The notes beneath the pieces were generated by a model. The model was not told where the DNA came from. It saw only the letters and a program-made list of their open reading frames with translations, and did not search any database. This document shows, in pieces, positions 40,473 through 58,045 of a stretch of 64,000 nucleotides of DNA; the stretch's first letter is position 1; each line of letters opens with the position of its first letter. The position numbers were made by a program, and so were the translations under genes. Source of the stretch: the human T2T-CHM13v2.0 reference genome, Homo sapiens; the NCBI GenBank assembly GCA_009914755.4, contig CP068257.2, forward strand, positions 13,568,001 to 13,632,000, written 5' to 3'.

Positions 40473-40906
40473 AGGGTTCTCTAGAGGGACATCCAAAGGG
40501 TGGATTTATAAATAAAAGGGAGTTTATTAAGGAGTACTGACTCACATGACCACAAAGTCCCACAATAGGCCATCTGCAAGCTGAGGAGAAAGGAAGCCAG
40601 TCCGAGTCCCAAACCTGAGGAACTTGGAGTCCAATGTTCTAGGGCAGGAAGCGTCCGGCACTGGAGAAAGATGTAGGGTGGGAAGCTAAGTCAGTTTCAT
40701 CTTTTCATGTTCTTCTGCCCACTTTTATTTCAGCCACTCTGGCAGTTAAATAGATTGTCCCCACCCAGATTGACGGTGGGTCTGCTTTTCCCAGTCCACT
40801 GACTCAAATGTTAATCTCCTTTGGCAACACCCTCACAGACACATCCAGGAACAATACTTTGCATCCTTCAATCCAATCAAGTTGACACTTAATATTAACC
40901 ATCACA
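40473..40906 (+). mobile_element. Second copy of the MLT1-type LTR-like repeat (same family as 11995-12548)
   Basis: It starts tgtactagttagggttctctagagggacatcc...gagtttattaaggagtactgactcacatgaccacaa and ends tgtccccacccagattgacggtgggtctgcttttcccagtccactgactcaaatgttaatctcctttggcaacaccctcacagacacatccaggaacaatactttgcatccttcaatccaatcaagttgacacttaatattaaccatcaca. Confidence 0.45.
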
Positions 40907-42995
40907 GTTGGGTTCTGGGGTCCTGACTTGTCTTTCTCCACTTTTAGTTCTTTGCCTTTTGTGTTGGCCAAATGATGCTCCACACTGCCCAGTGATGTTC
41001 TAGAACCTGCAAATGTGTTCTTTCACATGGCAAAGGGGACTTTGCAGAGATTTGAAGTTGAGGATCTTCAGATGGGGAGATGATCCTGGATTCTCTGGGT
41101 GAGCCCAATGTAATCACAGGAGTTCTTGTAAGTGAAAGAGGAGGTAGGAGAGTCAGAAGAGGAAATGTGATGACAGAAGCAGGGTTGTGATGCAGCCAGG
41201 ACTCAAGGAATGTGGGCAGCCTCTAGAGGCTGGAAAAACTCCCTTAGAACCTCCAAAGAGGATACAATTCTGCCAACACCTTGACTTTAGCCCCATAAGA
41301 CCCATTTCAGACTTCTTATCTCCAGAACTGTCATATAATAAGCATATGTACCATAAACCAGTAAGTTTGTGGCAATGTGCTACAGCTGCCATACACCTCT
41401 CTTTACCTGATGCCCATGACCCGTGAGGTCACCCTTCCCGCACCTACCACCATCCTCCACACCAAGTCTGTTTGGTGTATCTAATTCTGTTGGCTCATTT
41501 TGGAATTGTGTCAAGGTCAAACCCTTAGCAGAGTCACAGTGGAGTTCAAGCCACAGCTCAGGGAAAACAGAGGAAAGGAGGGCCTGCACCGGTCAAGTCT
41601 GAGGCCTGAGGTGCAGCTCCACCAGAGTGTCAGAACACAGAGCAGCACCAAGGAGCAGAAGGAACCAGCTACGAGCAGGAATGGAGGAACCAGGAAGCGG
41701 CATTAGACAGGCATAGCCAGGAATATTTTCAGGCATGACTGAGAGATGTGTGTTTTCGCTGGGTTCCACAACCTGTGGCATACAGTGACTCAGGTATAAA
41801 GATATGACAACCCTGAATACCATCATGTCACAAGAGCTTTAGATAAATGCTTTCAATCAACAGAAAATGCAAAGAATCAAGAAACTTTATGTCCACCAAG
41901 GATACTTGGAGAAAGTCCCTAAGGGACAAGCTTCAGTCCAGTGATTTTAGACTCTATTCTCTGAACACAAGAGTATTGGTGAATTATGTTCTCAGCTCTC
42001 CTCGCTGTTGTATGTGTGCACTCACTGCAAGTAACTTACATCATTTTATTTGAATGTATTTTAAAGCAGTAGGTAGAATAGCAAAGGAATATGAAAACCA
42101 TGAAATGAATGGACATTTTATGTATTCAGAGAGAGGAGCACCCACCACTGCCAGAAATACCATGTAAAAATTGGCAATTCGGAGGGTGCAGTATTTAGTA
42201 TAGTAAATAAATAAATGACCAACATTGTGTAAACATGACCAAAAAGTGTATTGTAATGAATCGAAAATCAACAAAATTTTATTCACTAATGAATATCAAC
42301 AAAATAAGTTCAACTGATGGGAATAAAAGATGAGAGCTCTCAAGAAATGAGAGCTTAAAGAAACAACAATTATATTTTCATATTTACACTTTTATTTCAT
42401 TTAAACAGTTGATGAAGGCTCACATTGTACCCAAAAATGTCCATTAAAATTAACCTTACAAACTTTATTTCCCATTTGAAAGTGACACAGAACTAACCTC
42501 TATGAAAGATTAGCTAACATGGCTTAAATTATTCCCATAAACACTATAAAGAAGGGGTTTCTTTGGCTTTAAAAAAATTTTTGATTTTTAAAAAATCTTG
42601 AAAGGCATACAATTATATTTAGTTTTTAAAGAACATTCATCTTCATAACTCCTCACTACCAATTTAAGAAGTAGCTCAGGGAAAACACTATTACCATGTT
42701 TTTCAGATGGGCCTAGAGAAGTTAAGTGACTTGCTTGAAGGCAAAAAATTGTAGGATAAATTTAAATTGTAACAGATATTATTACCTCATTAAATCCTCA
42801 CAGCATGAGATGAAGCAAATCAACAGTATATATATATACTTGTTCATTTTAATATTCAGGAAATGAAAGCCAAATTGGTAAAGCAACCCGGCTAGCAAAA
42901 TGCAGCAACATAGAAGATTTTATGACTCATTGCCTTTTTCATTCATAAGTACCTAAGATGTCAAGATTTTTCTTCCCTTTAAAGAAACAGTTTGT

Positions 42996-43399
<404 letters not shown>

Positions 43400-45764
43400 T
43401 CAGCTGGGAGGCCCTCAATCTCCAGGGAGACAGATTCTGGGATAATGCCTGGAAAAACCTTCTTCTGAATCAACTGCAGTGTCCCTTCTTCAAGCCTGGA
43501 TTCAAAGTCTCTGCAGATGGCAGCAGTTCTGCTCCTGAATTCCTTCAGAACACAGTCAAGCAAGGAGGCAGGTCAGAGAAAGGCCTGAGGTGACCTGCAG
43601 GCCTGGGGCTTTGTGTCAAAAATCAGGAGCTGGAAGCCGAAGATCCCATTCTGTGATAGGGATCATTCCTTGGGTTTACACAGGTCACATTAACAAAAAA
43701 TAATCCATTCAGGAAACCAAGTGTTCTTCAGGTCAGCCTACTATATATCCATGAGAGAAAATGGATGTGTCCTCTAGGGCTCCACCTCAGCAGTTTCCAA
43801 AGTGCATTCCTTGGAACACTAGTCCTCTCAGGTAGCCTATGAAAGAAAATCCTGTGATAAAATGAGTTACAAAATGCTTCCACTATTACCTCACCTTGGA
43901 GATTCTAAAATGTACATGAACATGTTAAACGCTTTGTTTACACAAAATCTCTACCAAGGGCGGGTTTCATTATGGAAACTTTCCTCCCCTATAAAACCAA
44001 ATATAAATGTGGGACACTGCATGTTAATTCATTGTTAGGACAGTTTCCCCCTAAAACTTTGTAGTGGGACTTTAGAAGAAAGATGATAGAGCATAAAGAA
44101 GGAAAGGCAAGATTCTTGCCATTCTAACGCTGCCTAAGAGTGGAAATCATAACACATCTTCGGGTATTGCGTTGTCAATCTGTAATAGGTGTAATACCTG
44201 CCACAACTCACTGTTTTGAGGATTTGCAGTTATAATTAAGCTTTACTGAAGCGGTAGAAAACAAAACAAAAACAATCAAAACCTCCTGAGCCACTTAGAT
44301 GGAGAGTGAGACAAGATTATTTTTCAGAAATGACTTTAGCAAATGGTGTCTAATACTTTGCACATTTAAAAGATCACGTTATAGTAGTATTCATGTTTTC
44401 TTCAAATCTTAGGTGGAGTTCAAGAGTTTTAATCCCTTATATTAGATTATATGAGATATTATGTTATTATTATTATTATATTAATCCCATACAATATTTA
44501 GAGAGACAACAAGCATTTTGTAATAGCTTAAAAAAAAAGACCACTGAAGGTTGAGTGATGTGGAAACCATGAGAATATAGAGAGTTTATTTTCTCACAGC
44601 CTACATACATTGAGTTACTTTTCAAAGGCTGGTCTCATGAGAGAGGTAAAAATGTATTTGCCTAACTGCTATATATAGGATAACATGGAAAATATATTTC
44701 TGAGGATACTGAGCTGCCTGCCAAAGATTGTCTTCACATGTCTACTGACAATTAATCAAATTAGCTAGCTTAAAAACAAGTAGTTTAGAATAGCAAGCAA
44801 TTCAGTAAGAGTATACTGACAATTTATATCTTTTGATATTTTCCTTCCATCTCATTTGCTGATGGTTGAGGGAAGCAGGAAATGTGAAGAAAGCTTGTGC
44901 ATGCTTTATTGTTTCTGAAATAACTACTTTATTCACTAGATATTTTAACATCCATTCTGAATTATCCTCCAAGTTATTATTAATACTTTGTGGAATTAAT
45001 AGTAAGACCATCAGTATCTTGTATTGTGTTAAAGTACTTAAATCTGTTAAGACAGACCTAGAAAGTTTGAGGGTAGTAGATTTTCAGGCCTAAATAATTA
45101 AAAAAATATATAGAACATATGAATTAGAGCTGTTATGGTCAAATTCTAATGCCTCCCAATTGTTTACAGAATGAGATGAGAACTCTTTGCTTTTGTGTTT
45201 AAGACTCACCACAATCTGCTTTCTCTCTGATTCCAAGTTTAGTTTCCACGGCTATGCAGCATCTTGTCTTACAGCAGCCAGTATCCCTCAGGCATACTTA
45301 CGTTCCTCCTGTCACCACTTCCGTGCCATGCCTCGTTTCTCCAAACTCACCTCTAACTCTCTGAAACCTGTGACTATTACTGGGGGGTAAAACATTTGCC
45401 CCAGGTCACCTAGCAAGGAATGGGGAAAGCCACAATTCACAACAAGGCACTTGGCTTCTGAAGCCTACAGTTTGAACCACTCCATTGAATTTATAGAACA
45501 CCGAAAGCATGGTATTGACAGGGCTGGACTTGAATCCTGGCTCTGTGGTTCCCAGCCAGGTGACTATGAGCTATATATTTGACTTCTATAATCCATAAAA
45601 TGTTTTTTTATCTGTAAAGTTAAAATAATAATAGATTTTCCTTCATAGATTTCTGTAAAGATTAAATAAGGTGATCCCTGTAAAGTACTTGGTTCAGTGC
45701 CTGCTCTATAATGAGGACCCAATAAATGTCAGATGCTATTTTCACAACTTTATACTGTAAGATA

Positions 45765-45828
45765 AATGTGCATGTATATACATGTATATATGTATATGTG
45801 TATGTATATTTATATTCCCCCCCCAGAC
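45765..45828. repeat. Simple repeat, (TATG/TATA)n-rich
   Basis: The sequence reads gcatgtatatacatgtatatatgtatatgtgtatgtatatttatattcccccccc. Confidence 0.7.
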
Positions 45829-48800
45829 TGAATTGGTTGAATTTTCAAAGTGGGGAAATAGCCTGACTTGTTTTGCTAAATCCTCTTAGAGCATCAAAAC
45901 CATTTCTTGAAATTGATAGGTGCTAAATATATATTTTGATGATTAATTGGTATTTATCTTTTATTCTTTGCTTTAAAATTGTCCAGTTGCTTATTAAGAG
46001 CACGACTATTAATGATTTATGCAATATGATAGGCGCACATTCTGTTAGAATGATCACTTCTCAATAATTTAAACATTTTAAATGATCCTTTGATACTTTG
46101 TTAACATTCAGTAAATATTTGTAGATATTTCTTTCTTTGACAAATAGGATAGCTAACAGTATTTATGTTTTCAATCTTCAGTCTCTTTTTTTATGCCATA
46201 GGAAATGTTTTGCTAGTGTTTTATCATAGCTGGGTTAGTATGGGGAATGAATTTAGTATTCACATGGATAGATAACACATGTGCTTTTCTAGGTGTTTCA
46301 CTATCATTTAGCTTTAGCTAATAAGCACTTAAAGTCTTGTTGATTTTTCCCCAAAGACCCTTAGTCATCTATAACATTCTTGAATAATTGAGCTTTAAGT
46401 GGATGTTAATAGGGTTGATTATTTCAGAAATATACAGAAATGTCTTTACAAGATTAAATTTGAAATTTGTATTACCCCTAAGATACCAAGTTTTGAAATT
46501 CCCTTCTCAAAAACTGAAAGTTAAATAATACATGAAATAGAATGACTTGGGTTTTTGTTATTAGAATTTATATAGATAAGTTCTATTTTGTAAAAATATT
46601 CACCCTCATTGTAGAGCCCCTCTTAAAACAACAACAAAGGCAACAGCACCTGGATCCTAAAAATCGCTGCCAGTATAAATAAAATGCATCCGTAAGACTT
46701 TTCAAGAAGGCTTATTTTTAGGATATTCTCATTTCAAAGTCAACTGTTACTCTATGCTCTAAAGCTGTTTCCCTTATTTTAGATTAGCATATACCTGTTG
46801 ACATCAATTAGTCATCTAAGAATTGGCTGACAATCATTTGGAAAATATCATCGTTCACACATTCAACACTTACAGAACCTAAGTCCATATTTTTGGCAGT
46901 GGCAACTGGATTTGGATAGAGAGGGATTGGAGTCTTTCCCCACCATTATCCTCGCTGCTTTGGAGGTAGTTTCAATAGAACGTGAGTGAATAGTGGGGGC
47001 AAAAGAAGGCAGGATAACATTTACAACTATTTTCTACTCATTCATAAGAAATATCCTTTTCTTTTCTTTGTTTTAGAAGAAATGGCCCACCATGCTCCAA
47101 GAGCAAAATATCAATAACCTCATATTTGTCATCTCTTATATCATCTTTTCTAATACCCACAGCAACCCTGTGAATTTAGTAAGTTATTATTATCCTCATT
47201 TTACAGATAAGGAAACTACAATTAAAATAAGTTAATTAACTTATGAAGATGACACATGATTAAATGAAAGAACTGAGACTTCTTTAATAGAGGTCTTTGC
47301 CTTTAAGAGCGATGCATTTACTACTCTGCATATTGCCTGAGCTATTCCACAGAAAGTGGAAAATAAAATCATTGGCAAGTTAATGGATACATCTTTAATG
47401 GTATTCATAATTGTAATTGTGCTACATGATAATAATGGCATAGCAGACAAGCAGTGCACATAAATGGCTGAAATTAGCATGACTTTGAAGCATAGCCATA
47501 CTTAGTATTTCTGACATCTGGGATGAAGAGGAAAAGAGGACAGGGCAGAGTAGGAAGCTGCTAAGAATTCTTTCTAGATCTGTCACTCACAGTCTGCTTT
47601 TGGGTAACTGAAAACTTCATTTTATTTCCCCCCCTTCCTATCAAACTAGTTGAGAATTAGGTCTATGTACTACAGTATAAGATGGGCTGTGGGCTCAGGT
47701 CAAATCTACTGTTCTCTTAGAACAGGTTAGTTTCATCAGAGAGCAGTTGCCTCCACCCAACACACAGATATTAGCTAGGGATGTTTCCTTTTTGTACTTT
47801 AGTGGTGTTTTTCTCTTAATCCTGAAAGAGAGAGGTGATATGCAGTTTGTAGAGAACAAAGCAACCACAGCAGTTACTAGGTACAATCTAGAAGCAGTTT
47901 GCTTTGACAACACTCATCTCAATATCTGTGCTTCCACCTCCCCACCCAAGTTCTTCTTGGTTATCCTTTTCTAGACCTCTTAGTGAGAACTAGAGTCCTC
48001 TTCTTGTTCTAAGCCCTAACCTGAAGCATTCCCAAATTCTTCTAATTCTCAAATTATTTTAACCTCAAAGAAAACTTTTAATCCTTTAATATAGACCAAG
48101 ATTCAGCAAACTCTTTTGGTAAAGAGCCAGATAGTAAATATTTTTGCTCTGAGGGCCAGATGGTCTCATTCCCCACTACTGATCTATGCCATTTGTACTG
48201 TGAAAGCAGCCACAGCGATATATAAACAAATGAGCATAGCAGTGTTTCAATAAAACTTTATTTACAAAAATAGATAGAGTTCAGGCTGGATTTGGCCCAA
48301 AACTCATAGTTTGATGACCCCCGATGTAGACCATCTCTCTCATTATATACTATGCTCTGGCATTAAATTCGAAAAAGGAGAAAGGTAAAACTGGCATTGG
48401 TCCTGATTCGGTCAGTCAGTAGTGAAATATCAAAGCACTTACAATTGGCTAAGGTTTGTACTCCCTGCTGCAGATTTAGGGATTAACTTAGACTGGGATT
48501 TTTGATTCCTGCTACTTCCCCTTCTTCTCTCCAGCAGAAAAAGAGCAGGACTATATAGGCACAGGATAATCCAAATTAGTGTTTCACTTATTTTGCAACT
48601 GAATCCATACTCTACCAAGAAAGCCCTTAGTAAACTTTCAACCTGGGCAAAGTTTACCTATCTACCTTCTCTTCTGAATCTTGTCTTGTGCCTTATCTCT
48701 CATTCTCATGAAAATTGGTGCGCTCATTCTATTTGCTGGGGGTCTTCCTTCATCTCCTCCATATTCCACACTCTTCCTCTTCCACTCCTTATCCTCTTCA

Positions 48801-48874
48801 CAGAATATCTTCTCACTCTATTCAACACCAACACAATACCCTCAGAGGCTTGAAATTTACAAATTACACTTCTT

Positions 48875-51073
<2,199 letters not shown>

Positions 51074-53139
51074 TTAAGCTGAATCCTGAATAAAGAGGGC
51101 CTCCCGTAGTTTTCTCAGTTTGCTGTAAGAAGAATGAAAAGAAAGCAGAGGTGTTTATTATGGGAGGTACTGGCAGCTCAAGGCGTACCTTGCTGTACCA
51201 GTTAAAACAGAACGTGTGTGACAGATGAATTTAGGCCAGTGCACACCATTCTGAGAAGTATGCCCCAATATTGGAAAGTAGAATTAAATATTTAAATATG
51301 TCAAAATGAAAATTTGCATTATCTCCACCCCCTTCTCATTGCTTCTCTCCTGATTTTCCAAGGATGGTTTTTGTTAGAATATCTAGGTAGTGAACTTTGA
51401 CTCAATTGTAAATCCAAATGCCTACAAGACTAGAGTCTAGGTAGTAGGCAATTGATGACTGGGTATTTTAAATGAGAAATAAAAACTTGCGTGAGTATTT
51501 GTGAATAGAGAAGTATACCAAGCAGTTTTTGTTGGCAGAAAATGGGGATAAGATTCTATACTAATCTGAAGAGAGAATTCAATGGTTATGTTGTAAAAGG
51601 ACAGAGGATAATGATGTATATAAAACAAGGAAGGAAGTCTATAAAATTCAATCAACTTCTATAAGCTAGTTTGGTACAAAAAAAAAAAAAACTGGGGAAG
51701 CTTGAACCAGCTCTGCATTCAGCAAACATAATGGATCTTGGCTGTCAGCCTACTCTGGTGCATTTATTTTCTCTAGGGAGTTGTTTTTATAGTGCAAGAA
51801 ACTGGTCTAAAAGGAGTTGGGGTTACTTGAGAATTGATGATTTACTATTTAGTCCTGGAAAAGCTGTAATGGCTTGGAAGTCTAATCTGCACCTGGTTTC
51901 ACATCAACGGATTCATCTCTCTTGCTTGATAAACATGTTCATTGGACAACAATGAAACAACTGGGGTAATTATGATGTGAGCTGACACTGCCGGTATAAA
52001 GGCAGCTTATGGTTGGACCCAGCCCAGCAAAAGCAAGATGAAGACTGCATTGAAAATTGAAAGTAGAAATTCATCAAAATTTCTCCAGAGATGAATGGGC
52101 TCTCATCTCTACTCCTTTCTAATAGCTTCCTCATCTTTCCTCTCTCCATGAACTAAGGGCTACTAACCATTTTTGTGCTATGACTGCCCTTGGCTTTTTG
52201 ATGAAATCTATGAAACCCTTCTCAGAAAATGCTTTCAACGAACACAATACATTCTGTAGAATTATAAAAGGAAAACAAAATATATCAAAATACAATTATA
52301 AAATAAAAATTTTATGATGTGTTCATTTACATGCTCCTTTGCAACATAATAAATAAAAAGATCTCAGCGGTATGTCTAATAACCATTATAATTTCAAAGT
52401 GGGGATGGGTTTAAATAGTATTTTGAAGGTTGTTACAGAAAATATCTGTAATTTCTACTGGAAGTAAAATAATTGGTATTGACAGTAGTCCTGTAGTTTT
52501 ATCTAGATTCATAATGTAGTAGGTGGTTGGCCAAAAGTAATTATTTTTCCCTCCCAAGTTCATGGGCCCTCTGAATTCTGTCCCAGATCAGGAATACCTG
52601 GGCTCAGCTTAAGAAGTGCTGCTATTTGCTATCTTCCATTTTTATCCTTGTACAAATTGGGAATCGGAGGTCCAGATTAACAGCTACACAGTCTCAGATC
52701 TAGAGCTCCCAGCTACATATCTAATTGTCCCAATGCCAAATCCCCAGGAGAGTCAATCCGATGGGCCAAGGGCCAGATATCCATTCCGATGCCAAAAAGC
52801 AATAGAAGGGTAGATAGAAAAGATCCTGTAAGACAAACATGTCTTCAACCCACTATCTTGGGAACATAAAGAGAGATTTTTCAAAGAAAGTGTACGTGTA
52901 AGGCAGATACCTCAAAAGGAGCCTTTTATAAGTACAGGTGTGGGACCCCTAACAGCAGCTGGAAAATTCCTTAGCAGAGCCTTACAGATACAATGAGGGA
53001 GTTCTTCTCATGGTGAAAAGCTATCACTATTCATTGGGAAGAAAAGTTATCTGTGCACAAATAAAAGTCTAGGCTGTTAGGTGTTTTACAAGTCCAATAT
53101 GACACTGTCCAGTAGAACATTCTGTGGTGTTGGTAATAT

Positions 53140-53315
53140 TCTATAGCTGCACTGTCTAATGCAGTAGCCACTAGTCACACATAGCTATTGATCACTTGAA
53201 ATGTGGCTAGTGTGACTCAGAAGCTAAATTTTAAATTTGATTTATTTTTAATTAATTAATATTTAAATTTACATAGCCACATGTGGCTAGTAGCTACCAC
53301 AGTGAATGACTCAGG
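53140..53315. mobile_element. Palindromic non-autonomous DNA transposon (MITE, probably hAT-type; family name not determined)
   Basis: The terminal inverted repeat arms are ctgcactgtctaatgcagtagccactagtcacacatagctat (left) and atagccacatgtggctagtagctaccacagtgaatgac (right). An AT-rich centre, ttaaatttgatttatttttaattaattaatatttaaattt, lies between them. It also contains the internal motif cacttgaaatgtggctagtgtgac. Confidence 0.45.
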
Positions 53316-54552
53316 TCTAACCTATCCCACACTGCATCTCCATCAGTTTCCTACAACAGCAGCACTCCAGTCAAACTAGTAAAGAAATCTTACCTTTTGG
53401 CTTCTGACTTTGTTGAGGTTCTTTGCCTAGCTCAGGCATACACTCATAGTTTTTGTCCATTTCTCTAGGTCATTCTACACTTTATATTCCTAACTCATAT
53501 CCCACCTTCTGGAAGACTTCTGTTATCAGCCAAGTTCTCTGAAGTCTTAAGACACCTATTGCTATATCACCAATTGGGACAAATCACATGTCACTTGCTT
53601 CAGATGTGTGTGTGTGTGTGTGTTTTTTTCCAAAAGTTTTATAGTTTTTCTTCAAGTAGAGTGCATGCTTCTGAGGAGAAGAAAAATTTCTCATATCTTT
53701 TAAAAGACCTTGTTTTTTATATAGGTGTTCAGTACAATTTTGTTGAATTAGTTCACTGAATGCTTTGGAGATGTAGATGATGCAAATAAAGAGTGGAAAA
53801 ATCCATCAAGGCAAAGATGCCTGAAGGTAGAGTCACTGTGTGCCAAAAGATCACTTAAATATCTTAAAGAGAGGTCAGAAATTAATTTGGTGCTATCTTT
53901 TGGCAAATAAAGTGTTCTCCTTTTATGAATGAAACAACCAAAGTCTAATGATAGTGAATGATTTGCCAAGATCATATACCAGTAAAAGATGGAGGAGAAA
54001 CTGAGACCCAGGCCTTTGGCATTCAGCAGTATTCTATAGAGCAAGATGCTAGATAGATTGGGAACTCTTTAAGAAGCAAGAGAACAAGCCCAACAGAAAG
54101 AAGAAGAGGACAACAGAAAGGAAGCTCACAAAAAGAAATAGAAGAGAAGGTTTATGATGGATTTCCTTGATTTATTCAGATTGTGAAAACCTAACAGATA
54201 AATTTCCACAAAATTAAAGAAAATTCAAATATTAGATGGGTGAAGAAGTCCCTCCAATTTTAAATACCAGTAACTCATCATTTACCTGAGACTAGAAAAT
54301 AACTAGATATGCTTAAGATGCTTCTCCATTCTTGTTGGTCTCCGGTCTACATTCTTTCTGATAGGTACCTAGTGTGTATATTACACTTCACATGTGCATG
54401 GCATACTGCAGTGAATCAAGCAATCTGGGAGGGAAACCTTGCCAGAGGAGAAATCACTGAGAACATTTCCTCTAAGACTCCATGTAAAAATTGAAGAAAG
54501 TGTTAGAAAAAAAAAAAAGATAGCCGTCTCTACTAAAAAAATACAAAAAACA

Positions 54553-54917
<365 letters not shown>

Positions 54918-56313
54918 CTATCCAGTGGCAGCATCATAGAGGGATGATAAAATTCAACATTGCATAAGCGTCATATACCCCATATACCCACTGGACTCTT
55001 ATACTGGTACCTCAAAGCTGTCCTATCAGATCTGGCCTATTTTTCTTCATAGGCTAGAGTTAGGTAGGAAACAGAAGAAAGAAACTCTAGGATAAATAGT
55101 TAGATCTTTGTTTAGAGAAAGGAGATCCAAAAGTCAAAGAATTAGACATCCAGGTTGTGACTTGCTAAGCATACCCACTGGCTAAACAAAGCACTGGCAA
55201 GAACATTTCGACTACGCTATTGTTACTATACTAAAATCATTCTCACCTTTAAATTGGGAGAAACATGCTCGATAATCTTTCAAAGTGTCCAGTGTTCTAA
55301 CGTTCTTACTGAATGTGTACAGCATTGCACAAAGACCCTCAAATTAGTAAGACTACTTTACACAATGCCAAAGCCAGTGTGGTTTTCATGGGTTACAACC
55401 AACTTTTGCTCCTTAGTCATAAACTGGAACCTTTTCAAGTCATTCCATAAGTTCTTGGAAAAATGTCCGATCACCTTAATATGAATTTGTCTGAAAAACC
55501 AGATATCAAAACCAAAAGAGTGTCGAGACAAAATATATTTATATAGATAAGGAACACCTTCATCTTCAAGAGGAGCCACCGTTTAAGAGAACCAGCCTAT
55601 CAGTGGAGTCAATGGAGAGTGACTTCCAATGGAGAGTGAACATGTCAGCTACGGAAAATATAAAAACAAAAATCTGACCCATTGAGTGACCATGCCTGTC
55701 TACTACAAATATGGTGCTGTGCTTTAAGGATAAATATAAGTATCTTTTTGATAATAATATTATTAATAATGTGCATCATGTGCTTATGATATTCCAAGAT
55801 ACTTTGTTAAATCCTTTTAAGGATTATTTTATTTAATCCTTACAATAATCTTAATGTACGTTATTTCTATTATTCTTATTTGATTGATGAGGGAACTGAG
55901 GAAAGACAATTAAGTTAATTGCCCACAACACATGGGAAGGGTCAGAGCTAGGATTCAAAAGTAGGTAGGCAGACTCAAAGTACTGATACTCTTAACTACT
56001 ATGCTATAGTTCACACCTTGAAGTCCTCAACATAATTATCCAGTTTTCTCCAGCTTTTAAATAATAAACAATGGTATTAAGAGGAAAAAATTGTGTGAGA
56101 ATCTCCATTTTGAAAAACTATGACTTCTTAAAGTGAATTCATAAATGAATGTTTATGCCCCCTGCAAAATTCCTATGTTGAAGCCTTAACCAAGCCTTAA
56201 TCCACAGTGTGGCTGTATTTGGAGATGGGAGCCTCTAAGGAAGTAATTAAAGTGAAAAAGAGTGGGTCCCTGATCTAATAGAATTACTGTCCTTATAAGA
56301 AGAGATGCTAGAG

Positions 56314-56616
56314 GCTGGGCATGGTGGCTCACGCCTATAATTCCAGCACTTTGGGAGGCCAAGGTGGGCGGATCACCTGAGATCGGGATTTTGAGACCAG
56401 CATGACCAACATGGCGAAACCCCGTCTGTACCAAAAATACAAAAATTAGCTGGGCATGGTGGTGGGCACCTGTAATCGCAGCTACTCAGGAGACTGAGGC
56501 AGGAGAATCACTTGGACCCTGGAGGCAGAGGTTGCAGTGAGCTGAGATTGTGCCATGGCACTACAGCCTGGGCGACAAAGCGAGATTCCATCTCAAAAAA
56601 AAGAAAAAAAAAGAAA
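56314..56616 (+). mobile_element. Alu SINE, full length
   Basis: It starts ggctgggcatggtggctcacgcctataattccagcac and ends gattccatctcaaaaaaaagaaaaaaaaagaaaag. The likely TSD is aagaagagatgctag / aagaaaagatgatag. Confidence 0.95.
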
Positions 56617-57385
56617 AGATGATAGCTCTCTTTCTCTCTGCCCTATGCACTCACTGAGGATAGGCCTTTTGATAACTCAATGAGAAGGCAGCTATCTGCA
56701 AGCTAGGAAAGGAGCCCTCATCAGAAATTGAATTGGCCAGAACTTTGATCTTGACTTCTAGCCTCGAGAACTATGAGAAAATAAATTTTGGTTGTTGAAG
56801 CCATCCGATCTATGGTGTTTTCTTAAGGCAGCCTGAGCTGACTGAGACAGAAGCTTTAAACTGTAAATTCTCTTGTCAAACAAGGTGTTGTATATTTATA
56901 ACATGAAAAATGATTTTTAAAGATAGTCATTGAAGTGGAAATCTTAAACTAAAAACTTGTCACAGAACTCATATCTCTCCCCTCCTTAAAAAATATATTA
57001 TGAATCCCCAGTGTTTGTGACTCTTCTGTAGGAGAAAACTTGAGTTAACTGTTACTAGAACTCTCATCAGTAAAAATGTCACATTATTATGCCTATATTC
57101 AAAGATGAACTTAGCCAAATTATTTGTAAGTGGTGAAGTAAAGAAGTGGACACCTAGACCACTCCCATTGTTTCCAAATGTTTGCAGCAGGGACCCTTTC
57201 CTCTCTTCAAACAAACAAAAATATTATAGTATGAAGTTCTTTCAAAGAATGGAGTGTCACATTTAGTTAAAATAGAGATGAATTCAGCATAACTCTTAAA
57301 ATAATTTTTACAGTGTAAATTTTCCTTTCAGTTTCCATAGGCAGATTAATGTATAATTACTCTATAGACCACTAGAATATTCCAT

Positions 57386-57443
57386 TTCTTCTTCTTCTCC
57401 TCCTTCTCCTCCTCCTCCTCCTTCTTCTCCTTCTTCTTCTTCT
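57386..57443. repeat. (TTC/TCC)n microsatellite
   Basis: The sequence reads ttcttcttcttctcctccttctcctcctcctcctccttcttctccttcttcttcttc. Confidence 0.9.
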
Positions 57444-57647
57444 TTTATTTTTTTCTGAGACACGGTCTTACTCTGTTGCCCAGGCTGAAGTGCAGTGGTG
57501 TGATCACAGCTCACAGCAGCCTTGAACTCTCAGGCTCAAGCAATCCTTCCACCTCAGCCTCCTACATAGCTGGAACTACAGGCATATGCCACCATGCCTT
57601 GCTTATTTTTTAATCTTTTTTTAGAGACTGGGTCTCACTATGTTGCC
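57444..57647 (-). mobile_element. Alu SINE, partial (3' two-thirds)
   Basis: It begins ttttatttttttctgagacacggtcttactctgttgcccaggctgaagtgcagtggtgtgatcacagctcacagcagccttgaactctcaggctcaagcaatccttccacctcagcctcctacatagctggaactacaggcatatgccaccatgcc and ends agagactgggtctcactatgttgcc. Confidence 0.85.
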
Positions 57648-58045
57648 TTCATAGTGTGCCATTTCACTACGTGGCTGGCAATTTTGTCTTTAAATGGAGA
57701 TGATAGTGTTGTTTATGTTATAAGTGGTCGTTATGAACATCAAAGGAAGTCATCCTCCTGAAGCCTTGAAAACTGTCAAGTTCTACTGAAATGTCATAGA
57801 TCATTATTACTGAGTTGTTTACTTTAAATGACCAATACCACATTTTGAATTTAAATCATGTGGTACTGTATTTTAAGGAGGTAGTAACCATGTAAGTTTA
57901 GAAGAAAAATTCAACATGCCCTGAATGTGTTTTTAAAAATAGATTACATTTTAAGTATATTTGGTGACAAAATATCTGTAATAAGTACAAGTTTTGTTAA
58001 GGCTATAATAAAATCATAAACCCTGCCTAATAAAGAACTTGTTCT

